From contig DASTBV010000147.1 of NCBI GenBank assembly GCA_035711805.1, positions 91,334 through 155,333 on the forward strand: DNA of 64,000 nucleotides. The letters are read 5' to 3'. Positions 58,897 through 64,000 of this stretch are shown one piece after another. The notes under the pieces are model-generated. The model saw nothing but the letters and a program-made list of their open reading frames with translations, was not told the DNA's origin and ran no database searches. The DNA is from Vicinamibacterales bacterium (GTDB lineage: Bacteria; Acidobacteriota; Vicinamibacteria; Vicinamibacterales; UBA2999). Made by a program: the position numbers and the translations under genes. Each line of letters starts with the position of its first letter. The first letter of the stretch is position 1.

Positions 58897-59580
58897 GTGC
58901 CGCTGCACACAGCCGAAGCGCTGGTTCTCCGCACCTATAAACTGGGTGAAGCCGACCGGATCGTCGTGTTCCTGACGAAGGACCGCGGTAAGAAGCGCGG
59001 CGTTGCCAAGGGGGCACGGCGGCAGCGGTCCCGATTTGCCGGCGCGCTCGAGCCGCTGACCGAAGTCAGGGTGGCGTATTTCGAGAGCGAACGGCGGGAA
59101 CTGGTCGGCCTGAACTACGCCGAGACGGTCCGTTCGCCCCTCTCGCTGACGGCATCGTCGAGCGCGGCGACACCCGCCCTGGCGGGCCGCTATCTGCTCG
59201 TCGAATACATCGCGGAACTGCTCGACGAGTGGGCGCAGGACAGCGACGCCGACGATCGGCTGTACCGATTGGGTGCGTCCATGCTGGATGCGCTGACGGC
59301 GGGAGCGCCGCCGGAGCCGCTGGCGCGTTATTTCGAGTACTGGCTGCTGCGCCTGCAGGGGGTGTACCCAGAGGTGCGCGGCACGCTGTCGCCACAGGCA
59401 CTGGGATTCCTGGCCTCGGCGCGAGCCGTTCCGCCGCACGAGGTTGGCGCCGTGCCGGCGGACGTGCGCGTCCTGCGCGAACTGGAAGGCGTGCATCGTG
59501 CGCTGATCGCGACGCATCTGGAGAAGTCGTTGAAGTCGGATCGGGTGCTTCGAGAGATGCGCCGCGCGGCGGAGAATTAG
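58897..59580 (+). CDS. recO: DNA repair protein RecO
   Basis: [38 protein letters not shown]-fold N-terminus; 227 aa. Confidence 0.88.
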   Translation: MPLHTAEALVLRTYKLGEADRIVVFLTKDRGKKRGVAKGARRQRSRFAGALEPLTEVRVAYFESERRELVGLNYAETVRSPLSLTASSSAATPALAGRYLLVEYIAELLDEWAQDSDADDRLYRLGASMLDALTAGAPPEPLARYFEYWLLRLQGVYPEVRGTLSPQALGFLASARAVPPHEVGAVPADVRVLRELEGVHRALIATHLEKSLKSDRVLREMRRAAEN

Positions 59581-59587
59581 TCCTTTC

Positions 59588-60490
59588 GTGACGTTTCAAG
59601 ATCTCATCCTCAAGCTGTCGGCGTTCTGGTCGTCCCACGGATGCCTGCTGCAGCAGCCGCTCGATCTGGAAGTCGGCGCGGGCACGTCGCACCCGGAGAC
59701 GCTCTTCCGTGTGCTTGGGCCCAAGCCGTGGAGCGTTGCCTACGTCCAGCCGTCGCGCCGGCCGGACGATGGCCGGTTTGGACAGAATCCGAATCGCCTG
59801 TTCAAACACCACCAGTACCAAGTCATCCTGAAGCCGTCGCCGGACGAAGTGCAGCAGCTGTATCTGGACAGCCTCGAAGCGTGCGGCATCAACCCGCGGC
59901 AGCACGACATCCGCTTCGAGGAAGACAACTGGGAGTCGCCGACGCTTGGCGCCTGGGGGATCGGCTGGCAAGTCCTGCTGGACGGTCTCGAGATCACGCA
60001 GTTCACCTACTTCCAGCAGGTCGGCGGCATGGATCTCTCGCCGATCTCCTGCGAGATCACCTACGGTCTCGAGCGTATTGCGATGTTCCTGCAGCGTGTC
60101 GAGAACGTGTTCGATCTGGAGTGGGGCGGCGGCGTGAAATATGGGGAAGTGCGATTGCAGGAGGAGATCGAACAGTCGAAGTATGCGTTCGGCCAGGTGA
60201 ACATTCCACCGGCGGAGTTCGCAGCGCTCCACCGCGATCTGTTCGACAGGAACTTCACGTTTGCCGGCCAGCTGCTCGATTCAGGACTGATCTGGCCGGC
60301 GCTCGAGCACGCGCTGAAGTGCTCTCATCTCTTCAACATCCTCGACTCGAGCGGCAGCATCGGCGTCACCGAACGCACCGCCTACATCCTCCGGGTGCGG
60401 CAGCTCGCGGTAAAGATCGCGCGGGCGTACGTCGGCGACGCGCCGGCCGAGGCCGCCGAGGCGCCGCCGCAATCAGCAGGAGGCGCGTAG
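59588..60490 (+). CDS. glyQ: Glycine--tRNA ligase alpha subunit
   Basis: [46 protein letters not shown]... Confidence 0.95.
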   Translation: MTFQDLILKLSAFWSSHGCLLQQPLDLEVGAGTSHPETLFRVLGPKPWSVAYVQPSRRPDDGRFGQNPNRLFKHHQYQVILKPSPDEVQQLYLDSLEACGINPRQHDIRFEEDNWESPTLGAWGIGWQVLLDGLEITQFTYFQQVGGMDLSPISCEITYGLERIAMFLQRVENVFDLEWGGGVKYGEVRLQEEIEQSKYAFGQVNIPPAEFAALHRDLFDRNFTFAGQLLDSGLIWPALEHALKCSHLFNILDSSGSIGVTERTAYILRVRQLAVKIARAYVGDAPAEAAEAPPQSAGGA

Positions 60491-60491
60491 C

Positions 60492-62684
60492 GTGGACCGC
60501 GAGCTGTTGATCGAGATCGGCTGCGAAGAGATACCGGCCAGCTGGCTGCCCGGTTTGACGAGGCAGGTCGGCGGGCAGCTGGACGCCCGCCTGAAAGACT
60601 TCCGGCTGGAGGCAGATGCTCCGACCGAAACCTACAGCACGCCTCGCCGCCTGACCGCGCGCGTGGTCAAGCTTGCCGAGCGGCAGACCGACTTCGAAGA
60701 ACTGGTCACGGGACCTCCGGTATCGGCGGCATTCAAATCGGATGGAGAGCCGACGCCTGCCGCTGTGGGATTTGCGAAGAAGTACAGCGTGGAAGTGGGG
60801 GCGCTCGAACGGAAGGACACGCCGAAGGGCCCCTATCTGGCGTATACAGTGCGCCAACGCGGCAAGGCGACTGTTGATGTGCTGCCGGACGTCATGGCCG
60901 GCCTGCTTCGAAGCCTGACGTTTCCAAAGCAGATGCGCTGGGACGCCTATCTCGAGGACGGCAAGGGCGACCTCGTCTTTGCGCGGCCGATTAGATGGCT
61001 CGTCCTCCTGTATGGCGGACGCGTGGTGCCATTCGTCATTCGCCGTACCGAGCTGGCGCAGGGCCCCACGGTCCAGGACATCCGGACGGGAGCCAATACA
61101 TACGGACACCGCTTTCTGACCACGAGCGGACGTGCCGGCCGGGCGATCAAGATCAAGACGTTCGACGACTACGAAGCGCGGCTGCTCGAAAACTTCGTCA
61201 TCCTGCAGCGGAGCGAGCGCGAGTCGAAGATCAGGCGCGAGCTCGAAACGCACGCACGCAAGCTGGGCGGCCGCGTCAGCGGCCTCGTCGCGGCGCACTC
61301 GTCACTGCTGCAGGAGGTTCCCGATCTCGTCGAATATCCGTCGGTTGTCGCGGGGCATTATCCGGTCGAGTTCCTGCAGCTTCCGGAAGAAGTGCTGACC
61401 ACCACGATGATTCACCACCAGCACTACTTTCCGGTGGTGGATGACGAGGGCAGGCTGAAGCCGGCGTTCCTCGCCGTGACGAACACGCAGGCTGAAAAGC
61501 CGGAGGTGATCGCCCGCAACTCCGAGCGCGTGCTCACGGCGCGGCTTCGCGACGCCCGGTTTTTCTGGGACGAAGATCGCCAGCAGCCGCTCGAGGCGCG
61601 GATCGACCGCCTGTCGACGATCCTGTTCCACAAGAGCCTTGGCGACTACAAGCAGAAGGCCCTGCGCGTCTCTCGCCTCGCCGGGCAGCTCGCAAGAACA
61701 TTGGGGCAGCCGAACACGGAGGCGCAGGCGACAGAGGCCGGACTGCTCTGCAAGGCGGACCTTGCCACGGATATGGTGCGGGAGTTCACCGAACTGCAGG
61801 GCACGATGGGCGGCATTTACGCCCGCGAAGAAGGAAAGCCCGAGGCCGTCTGGAAGGCGATCTACTACCACTATCTGCCGGTCGGCGTCGAAGCGGACGC
61901 GCCTCCTTCACGCCAGCAGTTGGGCACCGCGGCGGTGACGTGGGTCGCGGTCTCGCTTGCCGACAAGCTCGATTCGCTGGCCGGCATGTTCGCCGCGGGA
62001 GAGCGTCCGACCGGTTCCCGCGATCCGCTGGGCCTTCGCCGCCAGGCGCAGGGCGTGGTGAAGATTCTCACCGACCTGCCGGAGTTGATCGGGCCGGTGG
62101 GACGAATACCGATCGCGGCACTCCTGGAGTACGCGGCGCACCACGGTCAGTTTTCGCTGGAAGGCCAGGCGCATTCGGCCCTGTTTACGTTCGTTCGCGA
62201 ACGGGTTACGTACCTGTTTCAGGAACGGGGATTCGACATCCGTAACATTCGAGCGGTGCTCCATGCCTGGCCCGACGTCGACGCCGTTGAAGCCCGTCTG
62301 AAGCTGGAAGCGCTGGCGCAATTGAGCGGCTCACCGGAGTTGCAAGGCGTAGCGACGCTCTTCAAGCGCGTCAAGAACATCACCAAAGACGTGCCTCCCG
62401 TTACGGACGTGCGGCAGACGCGGTTGACCGAGCCGGCGGAACTGGCACTCGTCAACGCACTGCCAGGACTGGAGTCCGCGTTGAGCGAAGCGGCGGGCAG
62501 GCGCGAGTATCGTCGTGCGTTCACGGAGATCGGCGCGCTGCAGCCGCTCGTCGCGAAGTTTTTCGACGATGTCCTGGTGATGGCCGACGAGGCGGAACTG
62601 CGCGAGGCGCGGCTCTCGCTGGTTGGACGGCTCCGCGACCGCATCCTGGAGATCGCGGACATTTCGGAAATCGTGACTGACTAG
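60492..62684 (+). CDS. glyS: Glycine--tRNA ligase beta subunit
   Basis: 730 aa (LLIEIGCEEIPASW...); sits 1 nt after the glyQ stop. Confidence 0.93.
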   Translation: MDRELLIEIGCEEIPASWLPGLTRQVGGQLDARLKDFRLEADAPTETYSTPRRLTARVVKLAERQTDFEELVTGPPVSAAFKSDGEPTPAAVGFAKKYSVEVGALERKDTPKGPYLAYTVRQRGKATVDVLPDVMAGLLRSLTFPKQMRWDAYLEDGKGDLVFARPIRWLVLLYGGRVVPFVIRRTELAQGPTVQDIRTGANTYGHRFLTTSGRAGRAIKIKTFDDYEARLLENFVILQRSERESKIRRELETHARKLGGRVSGLVAAHSSLLQEVPDLVEYPSVVAGHYPVEFLQLPEEVLTTTMIHHQHYFPVVDDEGRLKPAFLAVTNTQAEKPEVIARNSERVLTARLRDARFFWDEDRQQPLEARIDRLSTILFHKSLGDYKQKALRVSRLAGQLARTLGQPNTEAQATEAGLLCKADLATDMVREFTELQGTMGGIYAREEGKPEAVWKAIYYHYLPVGVEADAPPSRQQLGTAAVTWVAVSLADKLDSLAGMFAAGERPTGSRDPLGLRRQAQGVVKILTDLPELIGPVGRIPIAALLEYAAHHGQFSLEGQAHSALFTFVRERVTYLFQERGFDIRNIRAVLHAWPDVDAVEARLKLEALAQLSGSPELQGVATLFKRVKNITKDVPPVTDVRQTRLTEPAELALVNALPGLESALSEAAGRREYRRAFTEIGALQPLVAKFFDDVLVMADEAELREARLSLVGRLRDRILEIADISEIVTD

Positions 62685-62731
62685 ATCGATCGTAGGGCAC
62701 TCCCTCAGGGGTGCCATTGCAAGGGAGACCA

Positions 62732-64000
62732 ATGGCGAAGGCGGCGAAAAAGACGAAAACAGCAAAAACCAAGAGCGGGAAATTCGTTTATCTGTTCGGC
62801 AGGAAGACCGACGGCAACGGCACCATGAAGCCGCTCCTCGGCGGAAAAGGCGCCAACCTGGCCGAGATGTGCCGCATCGGGCTGCCGGTACCGCCTGGAT
62901 TCACGATCACGACCGAGGTGTGTACCCACTACTACGCCAACGGGCGCAAGTACCCGTCCGCGCTGAAGGCGCAGATGGAAGGCGGGGTGGCGTCGATCGA
63001 GCAGCAGACGAAGAAGAAGTTCGGCGACCTGACGAATCCGCTCCTCGTCTCGGTGCGCTCGGGCGCGCGCGACTCGATGCCCGGCATGATGGACACGATT
63101 CTCAACCTCGGGCTGAACGATCAGACGGTGGAAGCGCTCGCCAGGAAGACGCAGAACCCGCGCTTTGCCTGGGACTGCTACCGCCGCTTCATCCAGATGT
63201 ACGGCGACGTGGTCCTCGGCGTGCAGAAGAGGCCCGGCGAGGATCACGAGCCGTTCGAGACGGTGATCGAGGGGCTGAAGCACGAGCGCTACCACGGCGG
63301 CATCGAGGATACGAAGCTCAGCGTCGAGGACCTGCAGGAACTCGTCCGCCGCTTCAAGGCGCTGGTCAAGGAACGCGTGGGAAAGAACTTTCCCTCGTCA
63401 CCGTGGGATCAGCTGATGGGTGCCGTCGGGGCCGTATTCGGCTCCTGGATGAACGACCGCGCAATCGTCTACCGCCGCAAATACAACATTCCGACCGAGT
63501 GGGGCACGGCGGTCAACGTGCAGGCGATGGTCTACGGCAATACCGGCGACGAATCGGGATCGGGCGTCGCCTTCACGCGCAATCCGGCCAACGGAGAGAA
63601 AGAGTTCTACGGCGAATTCCTCATCAACGCGCAGGGCGAGGACGTGGTCGCCGGCGTGCGCACGCCGGAGCCGGTCGCCGAATTGAAAAAGCAGATGCCG
63701 GCCGCGTACAAGGAACTCGAACGGATCCGCCAGACGCTGGAGCGGCACTTCCGCGACGTCCAGGACTTCGAGTTCACGATCGAAGACGGCGTCGTCTACA
63801 TGCTGCAGACGCGGAACGGCAAGCGGACGGCGATGGCCGCGCTGAAGTTCTCGATCGACATGCAGAAGGAAAAGCTGATCGACTGGAAGACGGCGGTGAT
63901 GCGCAATCCGGCGGATCAGCTCGAGCAGCTGCTCGCTCCGGTCTTCGACGCCGCCGAGGCGAAGAAAGCCGAGGTCATCGCGACGGGGCTGCCGGCCGGA
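62732..64000 (+). CDS. ppdK: Pyruvate, phosphate dikinase (5' partial, runs off the window)
   Basis: Not in the track because no stop is reached. ATG 62732 follows GGGAG. The sequence [32 protein letters not shown]...[14 protein letters not shown] is diagnostic. Confidence 0.9.
   Translation, partial: MAKAAKKTKTAKTKSGKFVYLFGRKTDGNGTMKPLLGGKGANLAEMCRIGLPVPPGFTITTEVCTHYYANGRKYPSALKAQMEGGVASIEQQTKKKFGDLTNPLLVSVRSGARDSMPGMMDTILNLGLNDQTVEALARKTQNPRFAWDCYRRFIQMYGDVVLGVQKRPGEDHEPFETVIEGLKHERYHGGIEDTKLSVEDLQELVRRFKALVKERVGKNFPSSPWDQLMGAVGAVFGSWMNDRAIVYRRKYNIPTEWGTAVNVQAMVYGNTGDESGSGVAFTRNPANGEKEFYGEFLINAQGEDVVAGVRTPEPVAELKKQMPAAYKELERIRQTLERHFRDVQDFEFTIEDGVVYMLQTRNGKRTAMAALKFSIDMQKEKLIDWKTAVMRNPADQLEQLLAPVFDAAEAKKAEVIATGLPAG

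Noticed and set aside
57426-58934. A 502-aa minus-strand ORF opposite mgtE
   Set aside because: MgtE on the + strand is unambiguous. The antisense product is Arg/Asp/His-rich with no recognisable domain.

Overview
The window is visibly GC-rich bacterial chromosomal DNA (GC not computed) and is almost entirely coding. I call 67 CDS and 1 tRNA. Most are housekeeping genes in long same-strand, often start/stop-overlapping runs.

Gene content, in order:
- pxpC-murB-murA
- A PHP/PolX-like gene, a DUF2723 glycosyltransferase-like gene and lolA
- tRNA-Ala and pfkA
- rplM-rpsI-rpsB-tsf-pyrH-frr
- pilMNOPQ followed by two lipoprotein genes
- pepP-accB-accC
- A VWFA-related protein gene and thiE
- livKHMGF
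- folD and coaE
- lapB-kdsD-kdsA-pyrG-kdsB-serA
- mdh-sucCD-ndk-dcd-hisS-aspS-phoH-ybeY-corC-(ATP-grasp)-era
- A four-gene ECF sigma/anti-sigma module
- mgtE-recO-glyQS and the 5' part of ppdK

The TIGR03436-like VWFA-related protein and the style of the intergenic repeats suggest Acidobacteriota. That is inference only.

I found no CRISPR array, transposase, integrase, phage gene, or recognisable defence or toxin-antitoxin gene. I cannot point to a convincing new multi-gene system.

Best leads:
1. A roughly 690-bp cassette sits exactly between the convergent pfkA and frr stop codons. It is bounded by inverted arrays of a 24-nt repeat and carries a small membrane ORF with atypical codon usage.
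2. An uncharacterised ATP-grasp ligase is translationally coupled into the ybeY-corC-era ribosome-maturation operon.
3. Two lipoprotein genes are packed tightly behind pilQ.
4. An N-truncated PolX/PHP protein with a degenerate polymerase active site heads an envelope operon.
5. Several families of structured intergenic repeats are present. These include palindromes built from short tandem units inside operons, CCTGAAGG-loop hairpins and a conserved three-way-junction element.

Many long ORFs in the supplied track are antisense artefacts of high GC and were rejected.
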